This document shows positions 1 to 11,776 of a DNA stretch of 64,000 nt, piece by piece. This DNA comes from an uncultured Alphaproteobacteria bacterium (lineage in GTDB: Bacteria > Pseudomonadota > Alphaproteobacteria > Rhizobiales > Xanthobacteraceae). The stretch covers positions 1,576,120 to 1,640,119 of the forward strand of contig CAWHSO010000025.1 of assembly GCA_963831975.1 (NCBI GenBank), written 5' to 3'. Under the pieces are notes generated by a model that was given only the letters and a program-made list of their open reading frames with translations, was not told the origin of the DNA and made no database searches. The translations under genes were made by a program, and so were the position numbers. Each line of letters begins with the position of its first letter. Position 1 is the stretch's first letter.

Positions 1-340
1 CCGGCCATGAGTCCCACCGGATTATAGTGAGCGACGCAAAAGGCTTGCGGCGCCGCGCCGAGCTCCTATTGGCATTGGCCAATAAAGCTCGCGCTGACAA
101 CTATACCCAATTAGCCGATTACATCCTCGACAGGGCGGATCAACTTTTCGAAGAGGCAAGGATTTGCGAACTTTGATGATCCGCGCACAGTTCTGGCTCG
201 ATCTACAAGGCAATTTCGATATCGCGACGGTCGAACGCGAAAGGAGCGCGGAGATCACCCGACGGGTGCGGCCGGCGGATCCGGCGTGAGGGTTCGGTGA
301 TATTTATCTGGGCCGAACGCCCGGCTTGTGGCGGCCATAC

Positions 341-388
341 ATGACTTGCAAAAGTCATTGTTGCAATCTGCGAGACGCTCCGTATAAT
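341..388 (+). promoter_or_regulatory. Near-consensus sigma70-type promoter (TTGCAA, 16-nt spacer, TATAAT). A perfect 7-bp-arm palindrome ATGACTT-GCAA-AAGTCAT (341-358) lies just upstream of the -35.
   Basis: TTGCAA at 361-366 and TATAAT at 383-388, 28 nt upstream of the ATG at 416. The palindrome was read directly from the sequence. Confidence 0.55.
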
Positions 389-415
389 GTTCTCTCTTTG
401 TTCTAGGTCGCAACG

Positions 416-1282
416 ATGTCACAAATGTCATTCGGAGGAATGCACACGGAGGAGAAACTCCAAGTTCTGGAGAAATATCTCGCGGCGTACCAAAAGGTCC
501 TGAAAAACACCAACTTGGCGACCGTTTTTTTCGATGCGTTTGCCGGTACTGGAGAAATTCCAATAGAAGCTGGCGGTCTTTTTCAGGACGTGGAAGAGGC
601 GGAACCATTTATCGAAGGATCAGCACGTAGAGCATTGGCCGTCGATCCGCCATTCAGTCGATACGTGTTTGTTGAAAAGAGCAAACGGAAGGCTACCCAG
701 CTTGAACGGCTCCGAGCCGATTTTCCGAGCCTCGCCGACCGGATCAAGATTGAACGCGCAGACGCGAATGTTGCGATCCAAGAATTTTGTCAGCGTACAG
801 ACTGGAAGCGAAATCGCGCGGTGCTCTTTCTCGACCCTTTTGGAAATCAAGTTGGATGGAGCACGCTTGAAGTCATTGCAAAGACGAGAGCAATAGACGT
901 TTGGTACCTTTTTCCGGCCCATTTGGGCATAAATCGTCAAATCTCGTCCGCAGCCGAATTTGATGCAGCTAAGGCTGCTTCACTCGACTTTGTGTTTGGC
1001 ACGAACGAATGGCGTGCGGAGTTCTTGGCCACAATAAAAGCCAGCGATCTGTGGGGAGAGGAACGGGAAAGATTGGTTAAGCAGGCGACGGTAGATTTAA
1101 TCACCCGCTTCATGATCGGACGCATGAAGCGGGTATTTAGGGGCGTCGTGCTCGATGAATGGCTGCCGCTCGGTCGTGGAGGCAACCACTGGTATTCGCT
1201 TTTGTTCGCGTGCTCAAATCCCAGTGCCGCAGCCACTCGAATAGCGGAACGAGTGGCCCGCGCAGTTATGAAACGGAAATGA
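416..1282 (+). CDS. Three-Cys-motif partner protein (TcmP family), possibly methyltransferase-fold
   Basis: Intact 288-aa ORF. FDAFAGTGE (SAM-binding motif-I-like) and FLDPFGN (DPPY-like) motifs. It sits immediately upstream of, and 1 nt from, a Gp37/Gp68 family ORF, which is the pairing that defines the TcmP family. Confidence 0.7.
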   Translation: MSQMSFGGMHTEEKLQVLEKYLAAYQKVLKNTNLATVFFDAFAGTGEIPIEAGGLFQDVEEAEPFIEGSARRALAVDPPFSRYVFVEKSKRKATQLERLRADFPSLADRIKIERADANVAIQEFCQRTDWKRNRAVLFLDPFGNQVGWSTLEVIAKTRAIDVWYLFPAHLGINRQISSAAEFDAAKAASLDFVFGTNEWRAEFLATIKASDLWGEERERLVKQATVDLITRFMIGRMKRVFRGVVLDEWLPLGRGGNHWYSLLFACSNPSAAATRIAERVARAVMKRK

Positions 1283-1283
1283 A

Positions 1284-2192
1284 ATGGCGGGTTTGTCAGA
1301 AATTGAGTGGACGGACGCAACCTGGAACCCGATCTCCGGTTGCGCAATAATTTCTCCTGGTTGCACCAATTGCTACGCGATGCGGATGGCAGCGCGATTA
1401 CAGGCGATGGATCATCCGGCATATCTAGGAACTGTGAGAAAGAGCGGAGGTCGACCAGTTTGGACGGGAAAAGTCCATCTGATCGAAAAAGCTTTGACAG
1501 CGCCGCTATCTTGGCGAAAGCCTCGGAAGATATTCGTCAACTCGATGTCCGATCTATTTCAAGATGGTGTCCCGACGTCGTTCATTCGGCGTGTGTGGGA
1601 CACGATGGAGGAAGCACACTGGCACACGTATCAAATTCTGACGAAACGTCCTGAAAACATGTTGAGCGTCCTAGGTGAGTTGGGACGCGATCCGTTACCA
1701 AATGTTTGGTTGGGAACGTCCGTTGAGTCCGAAAAATACAAAGGCCGAATAGGCTCGCTTCAAAAAGTTCCGGCACGTGTAAGATTTATTTCGTTTGAGC
1801 CCCTTATTGGACCAATTGGCAAAGTCAATTTGTCTGGAATCGATTGGGCTATCGTTGGGGGTGAGTTTGGGCCGCGCTCACGTCCTATGGAAGTTCGTTG
1901 GGTCGAAGAAATTCGCCAGCAATGTAAACGACAAGAAGTCAAATTTTTTTTCAAACAGTGGGGAGGAACTAATAAGAAAGCGAGAGGAAGAACCTATCGT
2001 GGGCGTACCTGGGACGCTTTTCCGGTGTCTAAATCAGATGCGAACCGAGTTCAGAGACTAGACATACTTCATAGTGATTTGCGTGACCTTGAATTGATGC
2101 GGCCCGGCTGCATCAACAAGTATGCAGGTGCGTTTGAGATTCGCGTGAGGCCACCAAAACCAATCAGAAATTATTTCGGTTTTGTGAGATAG
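1284..2192 (+). CDS. Phage Gp37/Gp68 family protein (DUF5131), three-Cys motif
   Basis: N-terminus IEWTDATWNPISGCAIISPGCTNCYA, with FFFKQWGG near the C-terminus. The last ~135 nt overlap the convergent ORF 2058-2984, so the true stop may lie earlier. Confidence 0.75.
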   Translation: MAGLSEIEWTDATWNPISGCAIISPGCTNCYAMRMAARLQAMDHPAYLGTVRKSGGRPVWTGKVHLIEKALTAPLSWRKPRKIFVNSMSDLFQDGVPTSFIRRVWDTMEEAHWHTYQILTKRPENMLSVLGELGRDPLPNVWLGTSVESEKYKGRIGSLQKVPARVRFISFEPLIGPIGKVNLSGIDWAIVGGEFGPRSRPMEVRWVEEIRQQCKRQEVKFFFKQWGGTNKKARGRTYRGRTWDAFPVSKSDANRVQRLDILHSDLRDLELMRPGCINKYAGAFEIRVRPPKPIRNYFGFVR

Positions 2193-2984
2193 ATTGATTG
2201 TAGGGCTGATGGAGTAATCTGGTGCGCCTGGACGGCTGACGAAGCTGCTCGCTATTTCGGAGAGCATGCCGGCCGCAAGGTCGGCTACGGCGACAAAGTC
2301 TTCAAAGGCTCGACCGTCGCCGTCTATGGCCGTAGAGTTCATAGCAAATACTCCCATGTGATGGGGAACAAATTGCGCACTTAACCTTGCGGCCAGTTGT
2401 TGAGCATCATCCAATCTGTTGTCATTGGCGACAATTTCGTCTTGATCGGTGATCCAAGTTACGTCCACCCATGGACGAGACCAGATACTCAACATTAGTG
2501 CAAACATCTGCGCACTACGAAACATAGCCTCAAACGATCTTTCTTTCCAAACTCCGCGAAGCCCTAAGCGTTTTGGCGTTGTCTCGTCAAACAACCCACG
2601 CCACGACAAATTAGAGAGTTTTTTCGTAACGACCAGGGCAACCAGATGGCCGTTTATCGTGTTGGCAGACTGCAAGAACGGAACGAGTGCCCGCTGGCGA
2701 TGGCTGTCGCCGAGGTTTTTAAAGGACATTCGTCTGCCATTCGGAAGGAAATGACGCCGAACTTGGCTGCGCAATCGCGGCCAGTCAGAAGAAGTGTCGG
2801 TATCCATGATCAAATAGCAGTAAGTGCGGTATCCGCTGCCCTTATGATCGCCACTATAGTCTGAGCCAAGAGCCAAGTGACTGCCCGTGAATGGGCGTGG
2901 TTGCGTATAGCGCAGGATACGTTCTACGCTCTTGGTCCAAGGCCAAAGCGTTTGGAGGTACGATCGCGGGAAGTAAAGGTTCAT
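2058..2984 (-). CDS. Hypothetical protein, weakly DUF3800-like
   Basis: Intact 308-aa ORF in the low-GC segment. The GSDYSGD and VAVADLAAGMLSE motifs are reminiscent of DUF3800. No other family was recognised. Confidence 0.4.
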   Translation of the reverse strand: MNLYFPRSYLQTLWPWTKSVERILRYTQPRPFTGSHLALGSDYSGDHKGSGYRTYCYLIMDTDTSSDWPRLRSQVRRHFLPNGRRMSFKNLGDSHRQRALVPFLQSANTINGHLVALVVTKKLSNLSWRGLFDETTPKRLGLRGVWKERSFEAMFRSAQMFALMLSIWSRPWVDVTWITDQDEIVANDNRLDDAQQLAARLSAQFVPHHMGVFAMNSTAIDGDGRAFEDFVAVADLAAGMLSEIASSFVSRPGAPDYSISPTINLSHKTEIISDWFWWPHANLKRTCILVDAAGPHQFKVTQITMKYV

Positions 2985-3008
2985 GACCTATGGATGTTTG
3001 GCGTGCCT

Positions 3009-3224
3009 TCACTCCGCCGCCTCAACCCGCTTCTTCTTCCCGCCGGCCCCACGCCGCGCCAGCACCGGCTTCAGGAACGCCCCGGTATAGCTGCGCTTCT
3101 CCCGCACGATCTCCTCCGGCGGTCCCGCAGCGACGATTTCGCCGCCGCCGTCGCTCGCGCCCGGATCAAGTCCGGGCCATGCTTCGGGGCCGAGGTCGAT
3201 GATCCAGTCGGCGGTTTTGATCAA
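3009..3224 (-). pseudogene. Orphan duplicated copy of the uvrA 3-prime end (last ~70 codons)
   Basis: Translates to [13 protein letters not shown]...[43 protein letters not shown]. It is a near-identical direct repeat of 3836-4030, with a ~27-nt extra segment holding its own small inverted repeat (cccggatcaagtccggg). Confidence 0.85.
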
Positions 3225-3436
3225 TCTCCTGCGATCTGTCTCAACTCGAATACTTGTCCGTATTTCGAGGCCTCGGCGATATCGCCGCGCTGCAGTGCGA
3301 GCCGCGCATTTTCCAGCTTGCGGACGTCGTCAGCCGACATCGTTGGCGACCAAGATTCCTCGCCGTAATATAACTCAATCGGGACTTCAGCGGCATATTT
3401 GCCTTCGTGAATGAGCTTGGTCGTTTTCCGGATCAT
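3221..3436 (-). CDS. Hypothetical 71-aa protein, second gene of a two-gene cassette
   Basis: Intact ORF. Its ATG overlaps the stop of the upstream ORF (TAATG coupling). It ends exactly at the junction with the uvrA 3-prime remnant. Confidence 0.5.
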   Translation of the reverse strand: MIRKTTKLIHEGKYAAEVPIELYYGEESWSPTMSADDVRKLENARLALQRGDIAEASKYGQVFELRQIAGD

Positions 3437-3720
3437 TATTTCTTCTTCGACTTGACCTCGTAATCACTCAGGGCGTCGCCGACGATTTTGGGCATGTCGT
3501 TTCGCAATCCGCGAAGCCTGTGATCGAGGTGATCGAGCCGGCCGTCGATTTTATCGAAACGACCATCGACTTTGTCGAACCTTTGCTCGGTCTTTTCCTG
3601 GAACGCGAGCAGATCCTTGTGCACGCTTTTAATCTGCTGCGTCAGGAATCCGAACGAGCCTTCGATCTCGCCGACGCGGCGCTTTAGATCGCGAATCTCG
3701 GCTTCGACGTTCATGCTCAT
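3436..3720 (-). CDS. Hypothetical 94-aa coiled-coil protein
   Basis: Intact ORF with heptad-like repeats (RFDKVDGRFDKIDGRLDHLDHRL). Lower GC than the flanks. Confidence 0.5.
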   Translation of the reverse strand: MSMNVEAEIRDLKRRVGEIEGSFGFLTQQIKSVHKDLLAFQEKTEQRFDKVDGRFDKIDGRLDHLDHRLRGLRNDMPKIVGDALSDYEVKSKKK

Positions 3721-3803
3721 GGTTCGTCTCTAACATAATTTGGTCATTCTTGCAGCGAGAACACGGAGCGCTACCACGGCCCCACCCCGCCGCTTCGCGG
3801 CGA

Positions 3804-3824
3804 CCCTCCCCCTGCAGGGGAGGG
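3804..3824 (-). terminator. GC-rich palindrome (CCCTCCCC-CTGCAG-GGGGAGGG type) just downstream of the uvrA stop. REP-like, and a probable terminator.
   Basis: ccctccccctgcaggggaggg lies 12 nt past the uvrA stop. It has the same sequence flavour as the element inside uvrA at 6021-6166. Confidence 0.5.
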
Positions 3825-3835
3825 TGAAGGAAAAA

Positions 3836-6948
<3,113 letters not shown>

Positions 6949-7009
6949 AGGGAAATGGCTTCCGTTCCCACGGCCTTCAGCGGCGGGTTATCGAGCGAGA
7001 ATTTAGCCT

Positions 7010-7024
7010 GAACGTAGTGAGAAC
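7010..7024. promoter_or_regulatory. Candidate alphaproteobacterial LexA (SOS) box, GAAC-N7-GAAC, upstream of uvrA
   Basis: GAACGTAGTGAGAAC lies 62-76 nt upstream of the uvrA start. It matches the GTTC-N7-GTTC direct-repeat SOS box described for Rhizobiales and Rhodobacter. Confidence 0.6.
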
Positions 7025-7154
7025 GCGGGGCTTTTGCCAGGGCGGGTCCGGCGGTTATTCCCGCAATACTTGGCGGCCTTTTGGCCCGGTGCCAAATGAC
7101 AAGGGCCGGCATCTGGCCGGCCCTCGCTGCTCGCCGCAAAGAGGGTGGTACGCG

Positions 7155-7959
7155 CTACTTGGTGACGACTGCGCCACCTCCACCCCAATTGAAGCGGTAG
7201 TTGATGCCGACGGTGATGAGACTCGTGCTGGACCGGATCGCGACCGGCAGCACCAGCGGCGCGGGGGCCGTATTCAGGTTGGCGAAGGTGTAGGTCTTGG
7301 TGCCGAAATTGAGATAGTCGTATTCGAGCCTGGCCGAGAGATTTTCCGTCATGCCGAACTCGATGCCGCCGCCGGCGGTGAAGCCTGCAGCGCGTGTCGG
7401 TGATCGTCTGCGACGAGACGTTGCCGGTGCCGGTCGAAGTGGCCTGGGTGTAATTCACGCCCATCCATGCCGCGCCGCCTTTGGCGTAGAACAAGAAGTC
7501 GTTGGCGGCGAAGCCGAACTTGCCGGTCGCGGTGGCGTACCAGCGCGGCTTCGAAATCGACGTCTCGGAAAAGGTCGGCAGCGGTGACACCGTCGCCTGG
7601 GTGCCGGAAATGTCCGACCAGGTGAACGTGCCCTCGGCGCCGACGACGACCTGCTGGATCTGATAATTGAAGCCAGCCTGGGCGCCGGCAACGGCGGCGA
7701 AGGGGCTGAGCTTGGTCTGGACGCCTGAAGGCTGCAACGCGGTCGTCGTCGTGGTGGTGACCTGGTCTTCCAAGAGGCCGGCGCCGACATGCACGCCGCC
7801 ATAGATGCCGGTCCAGTCGTAGATCACCGGCCGGTAGGCGGGCGGATAGTAGGCTGGCGCGGGGCCGGGCACCGGCATGTCGGCAGCCGACGCCGCGGTC
7901 GCAAGCACGCTCGCGGCCACGGCAATTCCGACCAAGAGACCAGGACTATGACGCCGCAT
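7155..7959 (-). CDS. Outer-membrane beta-barrel protein (Omp25/Omp31/RopB-type porin), one frameshift
   Basis: Signal peptide MRRHSPGLLVGIAVAASVLATAASA and C-terminal beta-signal ITVGINYRFNWGGGGAVVTK. Frame change near 7385. Confidence 0.8.
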
Positions 7960-8032
7960 ACGGTACCCTTAGACGCAAGCAACAGATTGGGTTTGGGCGC
8001 CAGTACAATGCTTCCGTAAGTCGCTGAATAGT

Positions 8033-8066
8033 GCAAAAAAACAACAGCCCAGCGGAATCCGCCGGG
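8033..8066 (-). terminator. Rho-independent terminator downstream of the porin paralog at 8117-8846
   Basis: On the minus strand: cccggcggattccgctggg hairpin followed by ctgttgtttttttgc. Confidence 0.65.
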
Positions 8067-8116
8067 TGGCGATCTCGCGCCCTTTCACCCGCCGAGACGA
8101 AGCGGGCGACGGGCCG

Positions 8117-8846
8117 TCAGTAGCCGAATTTGTAGTTGATGCCGGCGCGGGCCATGCTCTCGTAGAACTTGACGCTGACCGGGGGAACGGCAAGGCAGTT
8201 GCCCAATCCGCAGGACGCGTGCTCGAAGCCGACGGCGAGATATTCGGCTTTCGCCGTCCAATTATCGGTCATGGCGACTTCGACACCGACGCCGGACGGT
8301 CCAGCCCAATTCCGTGCTGCTGGCCCATGGCAAAGTGCCCAGCGAAGCCTTGATGTTGCCGACGGCGCCGCCGCCCGTCGCGTAAAGCAGCACCCGGTCC
8401 ATGGCATAGCCGAGGCGGCCACGGAACGTGCCGACCCAATTGCTGGCGGTGTCGCAACTGGCGGGAACGCCGGGGCCAAGATTACAGCCGCCGCCGACCT
8501 GGCTGCCTCTGACATTCTGCCAGTCGAAGTCGCCCTCGGCGCCGACGACAAGCTGACCGATCTGGTAATTGCCGCCGATCGTGCCGCCGGCGAGCGCGCC
8601 GCCGACGTCGAAGTAGCCCGTCGAACCCAGCGGCGAGGTCCAATTGCTCTGGCCGAACGCGTAGCCGGTGTTCACGCCGACATAGAAGCCGGTCCAGGTG
8701 AAAGCCGGTGCGGCCGGCACATATGCGACCGGAGCCCGCGGCGGCGGCACGACAGGAGGCGGAAGGTCGGCGGCGAATGCCGGCGCCGCTGACGCGATGG
8801 CCGCAACGGTAATGGCTGCCAAGAGACCGGGACTAAGACGCTTCAT
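8117..8846 (-). CDS. Outer-membrane beta-barrel protein (Omp25/Omp31 family), one frameshift
   Basis: MKRLSPGLLAAITVAAIASAAPAFA signal peptide and C-terminus MARAGINYKFGY. About 80% identical to the paralog at 9019-9729. Frame change near 8290. Confidence 0.85.
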
Positions 8847-8917
8847 ATGGCTCACTTAGACGCAAGCAACAGATTGAGTTTGGGTAATACAGAGGTTCCG
8901 CAAGCGTCTGGATAGTG

Positions 8918-8948
8918 CAGAAAAGCAACAACGCGGCGGAATCCGCCG
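8918..8948 (-). terminator. Rho-independent terminator downstream of the porin paralog at 9019-9729
   Basis: On the minus strand: cggcgg-att-ccgccg hairpin followed by cgttgttgcttttctg. Homologous to the terminator at 8033-8066. Confidence 0.6.
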
Positions 8949-9018
8949 GCTGTGATTTCGAGACCTTTGGCCTGCCCCACTCCTAGCTGGGAACGGAGCG
9001 GCTGGCACGGCTGAACCG

Positions 9019-9729
9019 TCAGTAGCCGAATTTGTAGTTGATGCCGACCCGGACCATGCTCTCGTCGAAGCTGATGCTGGCGGGGGGAACGGCAAGGCAA
9101 TTGGCGGCGCCGCATGACGCGTGCTGGAAATCGGCGAACAGATATTCGACCTTCGCCGTCCAATTGTCGGTCATGGCGACTTCGACGCCGGCGCCCGCGG
9201 TCCAGCCCAATTCCGTGCTGCTGGCCCACGGGAAAGCGTCAAGCGAAGCCTTGATGTTGGCGTAGGCGGCGCCGCCTGTTGCGTAGAGCAGCACATGGTC
9301 CATGGCGAAGCCGGCGCGGCCCCGGAACGTGCCGACCCAGTTGCTGGCGCTGGCGCAACTGGCGGGTGCGCCAGGGCCAAGATTACAGTTGCCGCCGACC
9401 TGGCTGCCTCTGACATTCTGCCAGTCGATGTCGGTCTCGGCGCCGACGACAAACTGGCCGATCTGGTAATTGCCGCCCAGCGTGACGCCGGCCATCGGAC
9501 CGCTGACGTCGAAGTTGCCCGTCGTGCCGATCGGCGAATTCCAACTGCTCTGGCCGAAGGCGTAGCCGGCATTGGCGCCGATATAGAAGCCGGTCCAGCT
9601 GAAAACCGGTGCCGGCACATACGCGACCGGAGCCCGCGGCGGCGGCATGGCGGCAGGAGGAAGGTCGGCAGCGAATGCGGGTGCTGCGGTGGCAAGCGCC
9701 AATGCGCCGGCGATCAATATCCGCTTCAT
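9019..9729 (-). CDS. Outer-membrane beta-barrel protein (Omp25/Omp31 family), intact
   Basis: MKRILIAGALALATAAPAFA signal peptide, alternating beta-strand pattern, C-terminal VRVGINYKFGY. Confidence 0.9.
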   Translation of the reverse strand: MKRILIAGALALATAAPAFAADLPPAAMPPPRAPVAYVPAPVFSWTGFYIGANAGYAFGQSSWNSPIGTTGNFDVSGPMAGVTLGGNYQIGQFVVGAETDIDWQNVRGSQVGGNCNLGPGAPASCASASNWVGTFRGRAGFAMDHVLLYATGGAAYANIKASLDAFPWASSTELGWTAGAGVEVAMTDNWTAKVEYLFADFQHASCGAANCLAVPPASISFDESMVRVGINYKFGY

Positions 9730-9935
9730 TCGTGTCTCCTGTTCGGCCACGCCCAATAGTGAAGCGGGCCCTCAGATTTGCTTCCGGACCTCCGCCCCCG
9801 CCCAATAACTACCGGACTTTCCTGCCAAAAGGTGTTGCCCGAAAACAACAGCGCACCACTTTCTCCTTGAGGGGAACGGACGGCGCGAAGTCGATGCGAC
9901 CTCGCATCTCGCCAATGCCCTTGCATTTGAAGTGA

Positions 9936-9950
9936 GAACAAAATAAGAAC
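9936..9950. promoter_or_regulatory. Candidate LexA (SOS) box, GAAC-N7-GAAC, upstream of ssb
   Basis: GAACAAAATAAGAAC lies ~139 nt upstream of the ssb ATG in an AT-rich stretch. Confidence 0.55.
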
Positions 9951-10088
9951 ATATCCTTGGGCAGGCGGCCGCGACGCGAAGCCGTGTGGATAACGGCCAT
10001 CGCGCGCCGATCGCCCTTGCCGCGGGCCGGACCCGCACTAGGTTGGAAAGCGAACATTGGTGATATCGGGAACGAACGGAGAAGTTTC

Positions 10089-10604
10089 ATGGCGGGAAGC
10101 GTCAACAAGGTGATCTTGATCGGCAATCTGGGCGCCGATCCCGAAATTCGTCGCACCCAGGACGGCCGGCCGGTGGCGAACTTGCGGCTCGCCACCTCGG
10201 AATCCTGGAAGGACAAGACCACGGGCGAGCGCAAGGAAAAGACCGAATGGCACCGCGTCGTCATCTTCAATGAGAATCTGTGCCGGATCGCCGAGCAATA
10301 TCTCAAGAAGGGCTCAAAAGTTTTCATCGAGGGCGCGCTGCAGACGCGCAAATGGCAGGATCAATCGGGCCAGGACCGCTACTCGACCGAAGTGGTGCTG
10401 CAAGGGTTTCGCGGCGAACTGACGTTGCTCGACCGCGCCGGCGGCGCCGGTGCGGGCGGCGGTGGTGGTGGTGGCGATTTCGGCGCCGATGACGCGGGCG
10501 GCGATTTCGGCTCGCCCGGGCCGACGCGCAAAGTCGCGGCGGCGGCGGCCGGTGCGCGCGGCGGCGGCGGGCGCGGCGAAATGGACGACGAGATTCCGTT
10601 CTAA
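10089..10604 (+). CDS. ssb: Single-stranded DNA-binding protein
   Basis: [40 protein letters not shown]-fold, Gly-rich linker, acidic tail DDEIPF. Confidence 0.97.
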   Translation: MAGSVNKVILIGNLGADPEIRRTQDGRPVANLRLATSESWKDKTTGERKEKTEWHRVVIFNENLCRIAEQYLKKGSKVFIEGALQTRKWQDQSGQDRYSTEVVLQGFRGELTLLDRAGGAGAGGGGGGGDFGADDAGGDFGSPGPTRKVAAAAAGARGGGGRGEMDDEIPF

Positions 10605-10607
10605 CGC

Positions 10608-10686
10608 GTCATTGCGAGGAGCGTAACGACGAAGCCATCCAGTTCGGCGCCGCAGAGCTGGATGGCTTCGCTTCGCTCGCAATGAC
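10608..10686. repeat. Palindromic REP element (gtcattgcgag...ctggatggcttcgcttcgctcgcaatgac), probable terminator of ssb
   Basis: ~79-bp imperfect hairpin starting 4 nt after the ssb stop. A second family member lies at 16532-16604. It produces spurious ORFs containing HCERSEAIQ / LAMT. Confidence 0.8.
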
Positions 10687-10717
10687 GAGGCGCTGTCGGA
10701 TCATTCCCTAAGCCGCG

Positions 10718-11197
10718 ATGATCGACCTCATCCTCGCCATCAAATTCATTCACGTGCTGTTCGCTGCGGCGATGTTCGGCACCTGGCTCGGCATTGCCGG
10801 CTTCATGCTGCTGGCCTATCGCTCCGGCAATCCGTCGGTGGTGGCGCTGGTCGCGCAATTCGCCGTCCGCATCGAGCTGTTCGTCGTCGCCCCGGCACTG
10901 GCGTTGCAGCCGATCAGCGGCTTTCCGCTCGCTTGGGCGATCGGGCTTACGCCACTCAATGAATTCTGGATCGACGTCTCGCTGGTGCTCTACGTCGCGG
11001 TCGTCGCGGTTTGGCTGGTGTCGCTGCGCGTCGAGATCCGCCTGCGCAATATGGCGCGGCAGGCGGCGCTGGGCCGCGGCACGCGCGCCGACGATTATCC
11101 GCGCCTGTTCCGCATCTGGTTCGCGCTCGCGGCCTTTCTTCTTGCCGCCATGGTCGCGATCATTCTGCTGATGGTCTGGCAGCCGCGCTTGGATTGA
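10718..11197 (+). CDS. DUF2269-type integral membrane protein
   Basis: Intact 159-aa ORF with four predicted TM helices (IKFIHVLFAAAMFGTWLGIAGF...). Confidence 0.6.
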   Translation: MIDLILAIKFIHVLFAAAMFGTWLGIAGFMLLAYRSGNPSVVALVAQFAVRIELFVVAPALALQPISGFPLAWAIGLTPLNEFWIDVSLVLYVAVVAVWLVSLRVEIRLRNMARQAALGRGTRADDYPRLFRIWFALAAFLLAAMVAIILLMVWQPRLD

Positions 11198-11236
11198 TCG
11201 CGCGCTTTGCTGCCTTGCCTGCGGCGAGGGTGGGGA

Positions 11237-11764
11237 TCAGCCGGCGAGCGCGAGCGTTTCGCTGTCTTGCTCGGCGAGCGCCGCCAGCGCCGGTCCGGCA
11301 AGGACGAAGGTCAGGCAGTGCGGCAGCGGCTGGAATCCGCTGCGCGAATAAAAATTCTGCGCCGGATTGTCGGCCCGCACCGTGAGCTCGACGATCGGGC
11401 TGCCGACGTCGCGCGCCAGCGCCGCTATTCGCGCCATCAGCGCGTTGGCGACGCCCTGCTGGCGGCAATCAGGCTCGACGAACAAATCCTGCAGGAAAAT
11501 CACCGGTCCGTTCCAGCCGGTGACGGCGCGCTCACTGCACGTCGCCATGCCGATCACGCCGGAGGAATCTTCGGCAACAAAGGCGAGGAAACCCGCGTTG
11601 GGACCAAAACCGTCGCGCAGCCAATCGGCCTCGCTGGCGCGCACCGCGTGCAGGGCATTCTCGCTCTGCGCCAACAGGCGCTTCAATCGCATCAGCGCCG
11701 GGATGTCTTTGGGCTGTGCCGAGCGCACGCGAAACGCGGCGGGCCGGCTGTCTTTTGCGTCCAT
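11237..11764 (-). CDS. GNAT family N-acetyltransferase
   Basis: Intact 175-aa ORF with a QQGVANALMARIAALARDVG acetyl-CoA-binding motif (Q/RxxGxG/A-like). Confidence 0.8.
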   Translation of the reverse strand: MDAKDSRPAAFRVRSAQPKDIPALMRLKRLLAQSENALHAVRASEADWLRDGFGPNAGFLAFVAEDSSGVIGMATCSERAVTGWNGPVIFLQDLFVEPDCRQQGVANALMARIAALARDVGSPIVELTVRADNPAQNFYSRSGFQPLPHCLTFVLAGPALAALAEQDSETLALAG

Positions 11765-11776
11765 GGCCGCGAACGC

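Noticed and set aside
3-290. A possible 3-prime end of a plus-strand gene entering from the left (ends TGA 174-176: ...LADYILDRADQLFEEARICEL). A TGATG-coupled 37-aa ORF follows (176-289: MIRAQFWLDLQGNFDIATVERERSAEITRRVRPADPA). The pair could be a toxin-antitoxin-like pair of small genes.
   Set aside because: They are too short and truncated by the window edge, with no recognisable motifs. The competing minus-strand ORFs (22-258, 255-608) are equally unsupported. Left unannotated.
10430-10580. A Gly/Ala-rich low-complexity stretch with GGC/GCG repeats inside ssb.
   Set aside because: This is the normal disordered Gly-rich linker of SSB preceding the acidic DDEIPF tail. It is not a separate repeat feature.
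10601-10858. ORFs spanning REP elements (10601-10858; 16012-16785 and 16367-16609), which contain HCERSEAIQ / LAMT peptides.
   Set aside because: They are translations of palindromic REP hairpins and antisense gyrA sequence. The same pseudo-peptide recurs wherever the repeat occurs.
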